Of a stretch of DNA of 64,000 nucleotides, positions 1 through 10,129 are shown piece by piece. The stretch's first letter is position 1, and each line of letters begins with the position of its first letter. The DNA is from Candidatus Paracaedibacteraceae bacterium. GTDB taxonomy: Bacteria; Pseudomonadota; Alphaproteobacteria; Paracaedibacterales; CAIOTO01. The notes below the pieces were generated by a model. It was given only the letters and a program-made list of their open reading frames with translations. It was not told the origin of the DNA and did not search any database. The stretch is from positions 17,559 through 81,558 of the forward strand of contig JAUYTZ010000018.1 of the NCBI GenBank assembly GCA_030694965.1. The letters run 5' to 3'. A program made the position numbers and the translations under genes.

Positions 1-474
1 TCGTGCTTGATAGGTTCCATCTTCTGCGCGTGCAACGGTTAAAACAGATTGATCATTTACATTGAATTCAACATTAATCAATTGAAATGGTTCTGTCTCT
101 GTTGCACTTTGGTAGGTAACAACAATTGTTTGGCCGATTTTTAGTTTACCTATTTTTATCTTAGATCGAATGGCTGAAATAATTTGTTCAACTGTTTCGC
201 GGGAAGCACCTGATTCAGAAGTTAATAAGGAATTAAGAGTGTCACCTTTGCTAATTTGCAAAGTGCGCATTTGAGGGCCATCAGCGACTGCTTTAATCGG
301 AGGAATCTCTGTGCTTAATGGGTTGCCATCAGGTACAAAAAAGTCATTTTTATCAGTCGCAGTAAGGCTATCAATTTTCACTAAAAGGACATCTTCCTTG
401 CGGTATTCGCGAACAGAAATAATACATGCGGCCATCATGAAAAATAGGCTAACGAGATGTGGGTAACAACGCAC
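1..474 (-). CDS. M23-family peptidoglycan hydrolase, N-terminal part (partial; the C-terminus runs off the left edge)
   Basis: My reverse-complement translation is open from 438 (ATGATG), or from an in-frame GTG at 474, down to position 1. The GTG start adds a hydrophobic anchor, VRCYPHLVSLFFMMAACIISV. The segment 'LQISKGDTLNSLLTSESGASRETVEQIISAI...LKIGQTIVV' resembles the OapA/LysM-like domain found ahead of M23 peptidase domains. The catalytic domain is not in the window. Confidence 0.4.
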   Translation of the reverse strand, partial: MRCYPHLVSLFFMMAACIISVREYRKEDVLLVKIDSLTATDKNDFFVPDGNPLSTEIPPIKAVADGPQMRTLQISKGDTLNSLLTSESGASRETVEQIISAIRSKIKIGKLKIGQTIVVTYQSATETEPFQLINVEFNVNDQSVLTVARAEDGTYQAR

Positions 475-725
475 TCATATGCTCCAAAAAATTACCTTAG
501 TTTTATTTAAAATTAAAATCGTTAACAAGTTATTAATATTTACATTTATACTGTGCACAATAAAGAGTGCAATTGTCAACCTTTTAGCCCATATATAGTT
601 GAATTATTTTTTTAAGCGAAAAATGGTCTTAATCGTTAATATGATTATGAGGGAAAATTAAGCAAGTAGTCTAGATTTAAAAATTAAAACTTGCGATTCA
701 GTATGTAGATTTTGCGAAGGCTGAA

Positions 726-2633
726 CTATTGCAACTTGAATCGAATCCCGCCATACACAGATATGCCAGGCATTGAATATCCATCAGGGTATTCTGCTTG
801 ACTATTACCTGCGTTTTCAACGCGACCAAAAAATTCTATTTGTTTAGTCGTATGATAAGAGCCAAATATTCTAAGCATAGTTGGGCCTGATCGATAAATC
901 TGATCATAGTGCACACGATCGACATCCGCGCGCTTTCCATAATGCACAAGACCAGCGCCAAACGACAGTAATTCTGTTGCTTGCCATATTGCAGTTACTG
1001 CAACTTTATGCATAGGCCGACGCCTTAATTGCCTGTTATTTGAAACGTCTTTAGCATGCAAAAATGTATGTTCTAAACGAATAGTAACTGAGGGTTTTTC
1101 ATTGTGTGTGTGGTCAAAAAATGAATGCCATTCACCAAGTTTTGCTTCAATAAATGATTCTATGCCGTAGGTCTTGGCTTTATTGATATTTCTTGATTGC
1201 CAAATAAAAGGGGCTACTGAAACAGGCACAATTAAATTATCAAAGTCTTGCTTGAAATAAGTTGTTCCAGCACGTATACGTTTAGCGATCACGTTCTGTT
1301 CAATGCCAACGTCATACCCTTTAGCTTGTTCTGGTTTTAAGTTTGGATTGCCGCTACTAAAATCATATAGTTGCGATAAACTTGGCGCACGAATGCCTGT
1401 GCCATAACTTGCCATGATAGTTGTCCCCGTTGCATCGATCGTGTAATTTGTTTTTGCTTTTGCGCTGTAGTGATGTTTAAAAGCTGTATAATGATGCCAG
1501 CGCCCCCACAGTTCAATGTGCCACATATCTGCTGGTGTAATTTTTTGCCCAACACCAACTGTTTGATGAATCACATGATTTTTAAAGGGCAATTCAAATT
1601 GCTTTTGTGTAAGACGCTCCTGTCGCTCGCTTGTAAGATGCGCTAATACGGCATACTGTTTTGCTAATTGCATTTCGTTTTTAAAATAAAAAGAATTAAT
1701 GCAACCTTTGGTTGTGATAGACGGATCATACGGCGCATAAGCGCTTTTATTTAAACGTTGTGTCTCAGCAAAAGAATAACCTGCTTTTTGCATATAACTA
1801 GACGATTTCATTTCGATTTCAGCGCGACGAAAATTAATCTGTGTTACTCCATGTTGCGCGGGATTTTTTGTAATTGGAGAATAAGAATAATCATCAGCCC
1901 TTTGCATGCGATTCCACATATTAATGCGCCAATTCTCATTTAGTTGCATTCCGGTGCGTGCAACAAAGCTTATGCGATCAGATGGGTCTGCTCTTGTTTG
2001 CCGAGGAGTCATTTGAAAGCGTGTTGGTGTTGTTACTGTTCCGCGCGATGCATCACGCAGTGCACGTATATGATAATCAATTTTTTCACCCTGACCTTCA
2101 ACCCCACTTTCAAGGGAATAGGTGTCGTGTGATCCACCTTCAATTTTTGTATCGCACTTAGAGGTGTCATCAATGCTATTTTGTCCGCGCCTGGTTTCAA
2201 TTTCAATAGCACCAGACAATGCATCCGATCTGCCTTCGGCAACAGCGGCGCCCCGTGAAACAGTTACAATAGACGCTCCTTCCGTGCCAAGTCCTGCAAA
2301 ATTAAATGTTCCAGTTGCAGGGTCAATAGCATTCATACCGTCAATAATGACGCTTGTGTGATCTGAATTTCCGCCGCGTATAAAAACAGATGTTTGTTGA
2401 CCAAGACTTCCTGATTGCGCCACAAAAATACCGGGCATTTGAGTGATAGCATCTGTCACACGTTCAAATTGATTCTCACGTATTTCTTTTGCCGTAATTT
2501 GATCTGACGATAAAGTAGCCGCAGTTTTCTTAGCAGTGACCATGATAGGTGCAAGCGTTGCTATAGAAGATGCATAAATTAATGTGCAATGCGGCAATAT
2601 TAGTATTATGAGTTTAAAAAAAGCCAGTAGCAT
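726..2633 (-). CDS. TonB-dependent outer-membrane receptor
   Basis: 635 aa. It has a signal peptide, a plug-domain motif 'VFIRGGNSDHTSVIIDGMNAIDP', and a long beta-barrel region with alternating aromatic residues. The substrate cannot be determined. Confidence 0.85.
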   Translation of the reverse strand: MLLAFFKLIILILPHCTLIYASSIATLAPIMVTAKKTAATLSSDQITAKEIRENQFERVTDAITQMPGIFVAQSGSLGQQTSVFIRGGNSDHTSVIIDGMNAIDPATGTFNFAGLGTEGASIVTVSRGAAVAEGRSDALSGAIEIETRRGQNSIDDTSKCDTKIEGGSHDTYSLESGVEGQGEKIDYHIRALRDASRGTVTTPTRFQMTPRQTRADPSDRISFVARTGMQLNENWRINMWNRMQRADDYSYSPITKNPAQHGVTQINFRRAEIEMKSSSYMQKAGYSFAETQRLNKSAYAPYDPSITTKGCINSFYFKNEMQLAKQYAVLAHLTSERQERLTQKQFELPFKNHVIHQTVGVGQKITPADMWHIELWGRWHHYTAFKHHYSAKAKTNYTIDATGTTIMASYGTGIRAPSLSQLYDFSSGNPNLKPEQAKGYDVGIEQNVIAKRIRAGTTYFKQDFDNLIVPVSVAPFIWQSRNINKAKTYGIESFIEAKLGEWHSFFDHTHNEKPSVTIRLEHTFLHAKDVSNNRQLRRRPMHKVAVTAIWQATELLSFGAGLVHYGKRADVDRVHYDQIYRSGPTMLRIFGSYHTTKQIEFFGRVENAGNSQAEYPDGYSMPGISVYGGIRFKLQ

Positions 2634-2874
2634 CAGTTATAGTTCAGACATATTTTTGAAGAGAAGATAACTATAGCATAGAGAAATCTATTGTTAATTT
2701 TTAATTCATGCCCGACAAAAATCGGATCATTTCAAAACGTTTATTAGGACCTTCTGTGTAAGTCCTTTTTGCGCATTTTGAACCAAGTATTTTTTTATAG
2801 GCTCTCAACTTAATAATTTGACTTGCGCAGCAGATTTATTATTGCGAGCTGTTTTAGAGCAAGTTTAATATGTT

Positions 2875-3163
2875 TTATTTGCGATCATTGTTAGTATAAT
2901 TTAAATTGGTTTTTAAGCTTTTGACCAAAGTGGCGTCGCTGCATTCAGCCTTAGCCCTTAACTTTTTGAGATTTTTATCTGTTTTATCTGGGAAAGGAAG
3001 TAAAAAGCCGAAGAACAAGTTCAGCTCGTGTAAAATCCCCGAGCACTCAGTAACAGGGTCATCACTTAAGAATTTTTTTGTAACCAAGTTGCCTTCATTT
3101 GTTTTCTGCCCTGACCTGCCTTCATGAATAATCTTAGTCATATCAATCTCAGGCACAATAATA
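2875..3163 (-). pseudogene. Truncated ORF abutting the IS6 left end (unknown product)
   Basis: The track ORF 2875..3201 takes its first 13 codons (MMIYLTSTHATQP) from inside the IS inverted repeat (3164..3201). Only 2875..3163 is host sequence. I recognise no family. Confidence 0.3.
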
Positions 3164-3998
3164 GGTTGTGTCGCATGTGTTGAAGTCAAGTAGATCATCA
3201 TTTATCCTGTGACAAAAACAGGAGTGATTTATGCCTGAAGTTTCTCGGGATCTACTCAAATATTTTAAAGGATTTTGTTCAACACCAAGTGTGATTCTTC
3301 TATTTGTCTACATGAAGTGTCGTTTTTCGTTAAGCTATCGCGAGCTTGAGGAAATGATGAGCATTCGTGGTGCAAATGTTGATCATCCAACATTACAGCG
3401 TTGGGTTAAACGCTTTACTCGACTCATTGATAAGAGGGTACGAGCACGCAAGAAACCAGTTAATGGTAGTTGGCGCATGGATGAAACGTACATCAAGTTG
3501 AACGGAAAATGGGTCTATCTCTACCGTGCCGTAGATAAAGAAGGACAAACGGTTGACTTTCTATTGCGTGCTAAACGTGATGCAATTGCGGCAAAAGCCT
3601 TTTTTACAAAAGCATTTAAGCAGCATGGAATACCGAAGAAAGTAACGGTTGATAAAAGTGGAAGCAACAAGTCAGCGTTAGATTCATGTAATCGTGCTCT
3701 TAGAGAAGGCAATGAGCTGGAGATCAGACAGGTGAAATACTTGAACAACCTTGTTGAACAAGACCATCGGTTCATCAAAAAGCGTACGCGACCAACATTA
3801 GGATTTAAAAGCTTTCACTCGGCCGTTGCAACAATCACAGGTATTGAAAATATTAGAATGATTCAGAAAGGTCAAATTTTTGGATTTGATTCAACTCGTT
3901 CTGTCTTTCATAATTTCTGCGCTCTAATGGCGTAATGCGTCTAGATGAGGCTTGCTCTGTAAGGAAACTTGCTTACCTTTAACAGATGCGACGGAACC
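3164..3998 (+). mobile_element. IS6-family insertion sequence (835 bp, single transposase)
   Basis: Terminal inverted repeats: 3164-3190 ggttgtgtcgcatgtgttgaagtcaag against the reverse complement of 3972-3998, ggttccgtcgcatctgttaaaggtaag (21/27 identical). They bracket one IS26-like DDE transposase ORF. The size is typical of IS6 elements. Confidence 0.85.
3231..3935 (+). CDS. IS6-family (IS26-like) DDE transposase
   Basis: 234 aa. 'SYRELEEMMSIRGANVDHPTLQRWV', 'WRMDETYIKLNGKWVYLYRAVDKEGQTVDFLL' and 'NNLVEQDHRFIKKRTRPTLGFKSFHSA..TI.GIE' align along the whole length with IS26 Tnp as I remember it. Confidence 0.9.
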   Translation: MPEVSRDLLKYFKGFCSTPSVILLFVYMKCRFSLSYRELEEMMSIRGANVDHPTLQRWVKRFTRLIDKRVRARKKPVNGSWRMDETYIKLNGKWVYLYRAVDKEGQTVDFLLRAKRDAIAAKAFFTKAFKQHGIPKKVTVDKSGSNKSALDSCNRALREGNELEIRQVKYLNNLVEQDHRFIKKRTRPTLGFKSFHSAVATITGIENIRMIQKGQIFGFDSTRSVFHNFCALMA

Positions 3999-4204
3999 AA
4001 AAGAAGCGCACAGAATATAAAGAATAAAAGCTTTCATGGTTTTCCATTTTAAAATTCATATAGAAGCGTAACATAGCGATTCTAAGAGTGATATGGGGAT
4101 AATATGGCTAAAGATCAAGATGGGCGCTGTAAATCTAAAGCGTATATTCACTCCATCTGCAACGGCGATTATCTTTTTCTTAGCTTATTTGTGTAAGCGC
4201 ACGT

Positions 4205-4924
4205 ATGATGGGGCATTCTATTAAATCCTCTTATGTATGTATGTTTGACCGTAAAAGTTTTAACGATGGACTCTCAAGCTCAATACCTATATGTTTAGCA
4301 TTTACGTTGTTATTTTCATCGCTTGGTTTGTTTGCAAACTCAAAAGGGCTTAATTTTATAGAAGCTGTTTTCTTGACAGCGACAATTTTTGCAGGACCTT
4401 CACAAGTTTTTGTGATGGATAATCAGGATCTTTCTTTTTGGGTGCTTGCTGCCAATATTTTTGTACTTAATTTTAAATTTCTTTTAATGTCAATTTTGGC
4501 CATTTCGCTATGGCATAACCGTAAGCGCTTTCGAATTCCAGGACTATTTTTTATGTGCAGTAGCGCCTATCTTGTTTATTCTACACGTGCTGATGTTAAG
4601 GATCCGTGGAGCTATTTTATGGGCATTGTGACTGCTTCTTATGTGGTTGCAGTGGTCTCAACAATGGCAGGGTATTTGGTATGGGATACGGCTGTTGATT
4701 ATCGATTTTTCTTGAGCGCGCTTGCGCATATAGTATTGCCGATACATTTTGTATGCCTTATTGTAAAGCGAAAGACTGAAGCAACAGTGCTTAATTTGTC
4801 GTTGTTTTCGATTATTGTCTCACCTTTTTTAGAAATGCTTATAGGTAGGCAATTTATTATTCTTGCGTGGTTTTTTATAGCGTTTATTGTGGTGATGATT
4901 GAGGATAAATTATGTGGCAAATGA
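4205..4924 (+). CDS. azlC: AzlC-family branched-chain amino acid exporter subunit
   Basis: 239-aa polytopic membrane protein with the 'FAGPSQVFVM' (AzlC GASQ-like) motif. It is followed by an overlapping small AzlD-like gene. Confidence 0.65.
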   Translation: MMGHSIKSSYVCMFDRKSFNDGLSSSIPICLAFTLLFSSLGLFANSKGLNFIEAVFLTATIFAGPSQVFVMDNQDLSFWVLAANIFVLNFKFLLMSILAISLWHNRKRFRIPGLFFMCSSAYLVYSTRADVKDPWSYFMGIVTASYVVAVVSTMAGYLVWDTAVDYRFFLSALAHIVLPIHFVCLIVKRKTEATVLNLSLFSIIVSPFLEMLIGRQFIILAWFFIAFIVVMIEDKLCGK

Positions 4925-5238
4925 TAGTTGTTGCCGGTGTGGTGACTTTGTTTTTGCGAACGGCTCCAGCATTTTTTAAAAATATTAGTCGTGTGCAAGA
5001 TTATCCAAGGGTGACTAAATTCTTAGATTATACAATTTGTTTGATTTCAGGTGAAGTAATTTATACCGTGGCATTTAGAGACATACCGCAAGATGCAAAT
5101 TTCATGTTAATGATAGGGTTAAGCTTTGTAACGCTAACCATCGCAAGTATTGTAATGTGGTGGACGTCGTCGCTTGCAAAAAGCTTTGTAAGCGGAGTCG
5201 GCTTTTTTGTGCTGGGCTATTATTTGGGGTTCATGTGA
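4912..5238 (+). CDS. azlD: AzlD-family small membrane protein
   Basis: 108 aa with 3-4 TM segments. The N-terminal 'VTLFLRTAPAFF' is typical of AzlD. It overlaps the azlC stop by 13 nt. Confidence 0.6.
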   Translation: MWQMIVVAGVVTLFLRTAPAFFKNISRVQDYPRVTKFLDYTICLISGEVIYTVAFRDIPQDANFMLMIGLSFVTLTIASIVMWWTSSLAKSFVSGVGFFVLGYYLGFM

Positions 5239-5673
5239 ATGATAGCAAGTATGTTAACACATCACTTAACTGAAGCTGAACTGTTTAGTTTTGCAGATGA
5301 ATTTGCAAAAACATTGCCAAAAGCTGGATTGATTGCGTTGTGGGGGGATCTTGGTGCCGGGAAAACAACATTTGTGCGCAGAGTTATTCAATCATTTTCT
5401 GGGAACTTTGAGTTAATCGTATCTAGCCCTACATTTAACCTTATTCAAATTTACGAACTGCCAAATGGTGAGCTTTGGCACTGTGATTTGTACCGCATGA
5501 CATGCCCTGATGAATGCCTTGAACTTGGTTTGCTTGAAGCAATGAGCGATGTGCTTTGTTTTGTGGAATGGCCCGAACGTATGGGGGCTTATTTGCCAAA
5601 GAACAGAACGGATATTCGTATTAACATCACGGGGGATCAAAGCAGGGAAATTATAATTTTAAAGGATGCGTAA
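5239..5673 (+). CDS. tsaE: tRNA t6A37 biosynthesis ATPase TsaE (YjeE)
   Basis: 144 aa with the P-loop 'GDLGAGKTTFVRRV'. Size and layout match TsaE. Confidence 0.85.
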   Translation: MIASMLTHHLTEAELFSFADEFAKTLPKAGLIALWGDLGAGKTTFVRRVIQSFSGNFELIVSSPTFNLIQIYELPNGELWHCDLYRMTCPDECLELGLLEAMSDVLCFVEWPERMGAYLPKNRTDIRINITGDQSREIIILKDA

Positions 5674-5764
5674 GCAATAAAAATTATTATTTATTTTTTT
5701 GATTAAGTCTAAATTTTATGTTTTATGGTATGCTGGGCATATATCTTTATAAAAAGTAACATGC

Positions 5765-6502
5765 ATGTCACTGAATAATAATTCAAAAAAGCCGTATATC
5801 GTTAGTAATTGGAAAATGAATGGAACGAAAGCCTTATTGCATGAGGCAATGCCTGTTTGGCAACCTTTTGCATCAAAGGCACATTGGATTTTTTGTCCTC
5901 CAGCGACACTGATTATGGAGACAAAGGAGTGCTTTTCAAAAGTTATAATTGGCGGACAAGATTGTAGCTCAAACCTATCAGGAGCTTTTACTGGCAGCAT
6001 TAGCGCAGCTCAATTGGCTGAGGCAGGTGCATCTTACGTTATTTTAGGTCATTCAGAATGCCGTCAATATCGCGGCGACACAAATGCAATTGTTGCTGAA
6101 AAGGCAATTGCCGCATTAAGTCAGGGGTTAACACCAATTATTTGTATTGGTGAATCGCTGGAAACGCATGCTGCCAATGAAACTTTGACCTTTTTAAAGC
6201 AGCAACTCGTTGAATCTATAGCAAATATATCAGGTAAGTTTTTTGTGGCGTACGAGCCAATATGGGCAATCGGTACGGGTAAAACAGCGACGTTACATGA
6301 TATTGAACATGTGCATCATTTTTTGCGTGAGCAGCAACCAGGGGTGCCTTTGCTTTATGGTGGTTCGGTTAATGCGCAAAATGCCGGTGCTATTACTGAG
6401 CTTGAAAATGTAGATGGTTTGCTTGTTGGTGGTGTTAGTTTGAAAATTGAAGAATTTAAAGAGTTATTGAGAAGTGTGCATGGTATTTCTGCTTTAAATT
6501 AA
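5765..6502 (+). CDS. tpiA: Triosephosphate isomerase
   Basis: Motifs 'NWKMNG', 'GHSECR' and 'AYEPIWAIGTGKTAT'. Confidence 0.95.
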   Translation: MSLNNNSKKPYIVSNWKMNGTKALLHEAMPVWQPFASKAHWIFCPPATLIMETKECFSKVIIGGQDCSSNLSGAFTGSISAAQLAEAGASYVILGHSECRQYRGDTNAIVAEKAIAALSQGLTPIICIGESLETHAANETLTFLKQQLVESIANISGKFFVAYEPIWAIGTGKTATLHDIEHVHHFLREQQPGVPLLYGGSVNAQNAGAITELENVDGLLVGGVSLKIEEFKELLRSVHGISALN

Positions 6503-6650
6503 TTTAGTAATTTGCTCTAAAAACATAGTTTTGTAAAAAAAGTAACTTTGTTAATGATGATGAGAATTAATCTAAGTAAAAACTAACTCTTGCATTCGTT
6601 GTCCAATCTGCGTTATATTTCTAACAAAGTTTTTAAGTGAAGAAGAAGTC

Positions 6651-6884
6651 ATGAAAGAAGGAATCCACCCAGAATATCATGGTATAACTGTTGTTATGAC
6701 TGATGGTACCTCGTTTAACACACGCACCACATGGGGCAAAGATGGCGACACAATGCGCCTTGATATTGATCCATTATCCCATCCAGCTTGGACTGGTGGC
6801 GGGCATCGTATGATGGACACTGCAGGTCAATTAAGCAAGTTCGGTAAGCGTTACCAAAATTTCGGTTTGGCTGCTAAGGAATAA
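6651..6884 (+). CDS. rpmE: 50S ribosomal protein L31
   Basis: '[10 protein letters not shown]...[13 protein letters not shown]'. This is the Cys-less form usual in alphaproteobacteria. Confidence 0.95.
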   Translation: MKEGIHPEYHGITVVMTDGTSFNTRTTWGKDGDTMRLDIDPLSHPAWTGGGHRMMDTAGQLSKFGKRYQNFGLAAKE

Positions 6885-6886
6885 CA

Positions 6887-9223
6887 ATGAGTGTTGCAGC
6901 TGCGACCGCTATGGCCCCGGCTGCCACATACCCTTATTTAGAGGCTCTCAATGATCCTCAGCGTCATGCTGTGCTTACGACAGATGGCGCCCTGCTTGTT
7001 CTTGCTGGTGCTGGCACTGGTAAGACGCGTGTTCTAACAACGCGTATCGCGCACATTCTCAATCAAAGACTTGCTTACCCAGATCAAATTTTAGCGGTTA
7101 CTTTTACGAATAAAGCATCGCAGGAAATGCGCGAACGTATTAGCCGTTTGCTTGGGCACCCTACCGATGGCATGTGGGTTGGCACCTTTCATTCTCTTGC
7201 TGTCCGTGTGTTGCGTCGTCATGCTGAACGTGTTGGATTGTCATCTAATTTCACGATTCTTGATAGTGATGATCAACTGCGCTTGATTAAGCAATTGATC
7301 AAAGCGAATCACCTTGATGATAAGCAATTTCCCCCCAGGTCTATAGCAGCAGCTATTAACCGTTTAAAAGATAAAGGGCTTAGGCCTGCGCGCGCCCAAA
7401 CGTATGAAAACGATGTTATTATTAAATTGTACACGGAATACCAAGAACGTCTGGCAATTTTGAATGCGACTGACTTTGGTGATTTGTTGTTGCATAATTT
7501 AACAATTTTTCAAGAAAACCCAGAAATCTTGAAACATTACCAAGAAAAATTTCGCTATCTTTTAGTGGATGAGTATCAAGACACAAATAGTGCACAGTAC
7601 CTGTGGCTCCGCTTGCTTGCGCATGGTGCGAGCAATATTTGCTGCGTAGGTGACGATGATCAGTCTATTTATGGATGGCGCGGCGCTGAAGTTGGCAATA
7701 TTTTACGTTTTGAAAAAGATTTTCCGGGTGCCGTGCTTATTCGCCTTGAGCAAAACTATCGTTCGACAGAACCTATTTTGAAAGCAGCCAGTGGTTTGAT
7801 TGCGCACAATCGTGATCGCTATGGAAAAACGCTTTGGACTGATAAAAACGAAGGTGAGCCTATTCGTATTCGCGGCACCTATGATAGTGAGGAAGAAGCG
7901 CGTTATATTGGTGATGAAATTGAAACGTTTCAGCGCAATGGCGATGATTTACGCTCTATGGCGATTCTGGTTCGTGCTGGCTTTCAAACACGTGAATTTG
8001 AAGAACGATTTATGCGTATGGGAATCCCATATCGTGTAATTGGCGGGCCGCGTTTTTATGAACGTCAAGAAATTCGCGACTCAATGGCATATTTAAGGCT
8101 ATTGGTGCAAGCTGATGATGGTTTAGCTTTTGAGCGTATTATCAATTTACCGCGTCGCGGCATTGGTGATACAACATTGCAACGTTTGCATCAATTTGCG
8201 CGTGAACAAGGCATATCTTTGCCAAAGGCAGCGCGTTTTGCAACGGAAGAGACAACAGATGAAATACCGCTTCGTGGCGCCTCACGTACAGCGCTTCGTC
8301 AATTTTTTGTTGATTTAGATCGTTGGCGTTTGAGCCTTGAAACGATGAGTCATACAGATGTGATAAAACAAATGTTGGATGAATCAGGCTATACCAATAT
8401 GTGGCTGCAAGATAAGTCACCTGATGCGGCGGGTCGCCTTGAAAACATTAAAGAATTTGTGCAAGCTATTAGTCAATTTGAAACGCTTGGTGGATTTTTA
8501 GAACATGTCAGTTTAGTGCTTGATACAAATAATCCCAATACGGACGACATGGTCACATTGATGACGTTGCATGCAGCTAAAGGACTTGAATTCGATACTG
8601 TATTTTTAGCCGGCTGGGAGGAAGGGCTTTTTCCGCACCCACGCGCCCTTGGTGAAGCTGGCGGTCATGGAATTGAGGAAGAGCGCCGACTAGCTTATGT
8701 GGGCATTAGTCGTGCCCGTAAACGTGCATTGATCAGTTATGCTTACCAACGTCGTCAGCCTCAAGGATGGCAAAGCGCGCAACCATCACGCTTTATACGT
8801 GAAATACCATCAAGTGTTGTCGTTCACATAAATCCAGGTGGCACGGATGCAAATGATTTTGGGCCGAATAAATCGAGTAGCTATGGTAACAGAGGCGACA
8901 ACTACGGGGCAGGTCAATATAACGGTGGTTATGAACGCCCGGTAACAGCAGTAAATATGCGTGATGAATATGGAAATAAAAAATCTTATTACAAAGATAA
9001 TCAATCAAGTAATTATAATCCTGCGGCTGCAAAGGCGTTAACGCCGCGAACAGCAAAGGCTGAGCTTCTTTCAGTAAACCATACATTTAAAACAGGTGAT
9101 CGGGTATTTCATGAAAAATTTGGTCAAGGCGATGTACTTGCTTTTGAAGGTGACAAGTTGTTGATTCAATTTGATGCCAATGGCCTTAAGAAAATTATAG
9201 CAAGCTTTGTTGAGCGCGCTTAG
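6887..9223 (+). CDS. uvrD: UvrD/PcrA-type ATP-dependent DNA helicase
   Basis: SF1 helicase motifs 'AGAGTGKTRVLT', 'LLVDEYQDTN', 'VGDDDQSIYGWRGA', 'LEQNYRST', 'TLHAAKGLEF' and 'ERRLAYVGISRAR'. The gene starts 2 nt after rpmE. Confidence 0.9.
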   Translation: MSVAAATAMAPAATYPYLEALNDPQRHAVLTTDGALLVLAGAGTGKTRVLTTRIAHILNQRLAYPDQILAVTFTNKASQEMRERISRLLGHPTDGMWVGTFHSLAVRVLRRHAERVGLSSNFTILDSDDQLRLIKQLIKANHLDDKQFPPRSIAAAINRLKDKGLRPARAQTYENDVIIKLYTEYQERLAILNATDFGDLLLHNLTIFQENPEILKHYQEKFRYLLVDEYQDTNSAQYLWLRLLAHGASNICCVGDDDQSIYGWRGAEVGNILRFEKDFPGAVLIRLEQNYRSTEPILKAASGLIAHNRDRYGKTLWTDKNEGEPIRIRGTYDSEEEARYIGDEIETFQRNGDDLRSMAILVRAGFQTREFEERFMRMGIPYRVIGGPRFYERQEIRDSMAYLRLLVQADDGLAFERIINLPRRGIGDTTLQRLHQFAREQGISLPKAARFATEETTDEIPLRGASRTALRQFFVDLDRWRLSLETMSHTDVIKQMLDESGYTNMWLQDKSPDAAGRLENIKEFVQAISQFETLGGFLEHVSLVLDTNNPNTDDMVTLMTLHAAKGLEFDTVFLAGWEEGLFPHPRALGEAGGHGIEEERRLAYVGISRARKRALISYAYQRRQPQGWQSAQPSRFIREIPSSVVVHINPGGTDANDFGPNKSSSYGNRGDNYGAGQYNGGYERPVTAVNMRDEYGNKKSYYKDNQSSNYNPAAAKALTPRTAKAELLSVNHTFKTGDRVFHEKFGQGDVLAFEGDKLLIQFDANGLKKIIASFVERA

Positions 9224-9505
9224 GTTAAGTTTTTAGTTTTTGTATCAAGGTTACTTGCTGTTATTTCTTTGTTATGTCCATGATTCAATTTTTGTGTTGC
9301 AAGCACGGGCATTACGTTCTGCTTTATCGGCTGCAGCAGTTCTGTCATTGTCGGTGATGTAGCCCTAAACGTACATTTTATTTCTTTAAGATTGTTTAAA
9401 AATGATATTTCTTTTTTTAAACTATTTAGTTCAGCGTCTTTTTCAGGCTCTGTTCCCTCAACGCCAAGTTAATTTTTATTCAGCCGTTTTGCTGATTATT
9501 CAAAA

Positions 9506-9613
9506 TTAGACTTCTTTAAGAATTTCCTGCATTCTCATAAACGTTGTGTGTTTTACACCGGTTAAACGACGAAATTGCTCATCATTTAAGTGTTTGATTT
9601 GATCATATTTCAT
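9506..9613 (-). pseudogene. Stub of an IS5-like transposase (N-terminal HTH only, 35 codons)
   Basis: GGAGG lies 7 nt upstream of the ATG. The product is MKYDQIKHLNDEQFRRLTGVKHTTFMRMQEILKEV followed by a stop. The 'L(N/S)DE(Q/E)FRRLTGVK..TF..M.EIL' N-terminus is characteristic of IS5/DDE_Tnp_4-type transposases. No DDE domain follows. Confidence 0.55.
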
Positions 9614-10129
9614 TCATACCTCCATATGAACATATCTTTATACGATCTTGACTCTAAAGGCTAGTTTCGAAAGAAGTCTATTATTCTTTTGCTTGATATG
9701 AAATCAGAAACAGGACATTTTGGACCCTCTGGACGTTTTAGGTATATTAAAGAAGAAACAGCAAAATATTATGCATTTTTGTTAACTATTTTTGGAATAA
9801 AAGATATTGAGAATAAAAATTGATTTTTTTGGCCTAATAAATAGTGATTATTGTAATAAAAAAGTAACAAAATTAATTTTTGTTTGCTTATCAGGATAAA
9901 AGCAGAGCTATTTCTCAAAAAGTTAAAACTGTTATTAGCCAATGAATAAATCTGTTTCATATCTAATATATAAAGAGGATATGGAACTTTTGCTCAAAAA
10001 TAGAGCAAAAAATATAAGTGTGCATACAGCTTTATTTATGTTTAGTGATACTGAAAACACAGAAAAACGTTTAAGATTAAAGTTTTTAGTTAGTTAAAAA
10101 AACGACATACTGCGTCACCTAATATTTTT

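Noticed and set aside
2634-2874. Looked for a cobalamin riboswitch (B12 box) or a Fur box upstream of the TonB-dependent receptor
   Set aside because: I could find no B12-box-like GCCACTG core on the minus strand. There is only a weak AT-rich dyad and an 8/9 inverted repeat (gttatagtt...aactatagc). That is too little to call a regulatory site.
3156-4006. Expected 8-bp target-site duplication flanking the IS6 element
   Set aside because: The flanks caataata and aaaagaag do not match, and shifting the boundary by 1-3 nt does not rescue a duplication. This is reported as absence, not as a feature.
9670-9682. Shared 13-mer aaagaagtctatt at 9670 and 12179, considered as possible solo IS ends
   Set aside because: A back-of-envelope estimate gives dozens of chance 13-mer matches in 64 kb on two strands. 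There is no extended similarity and no consistent orientation.
9769-9960. 63-aa minus-strand ORF in the uvrD downstream spacer
   Set aside because: It is extremely AT-rich with an Asn/Phe/Leu/Ile-dominated product, has no RBS and lies in a decayed region. It is likely spurious.
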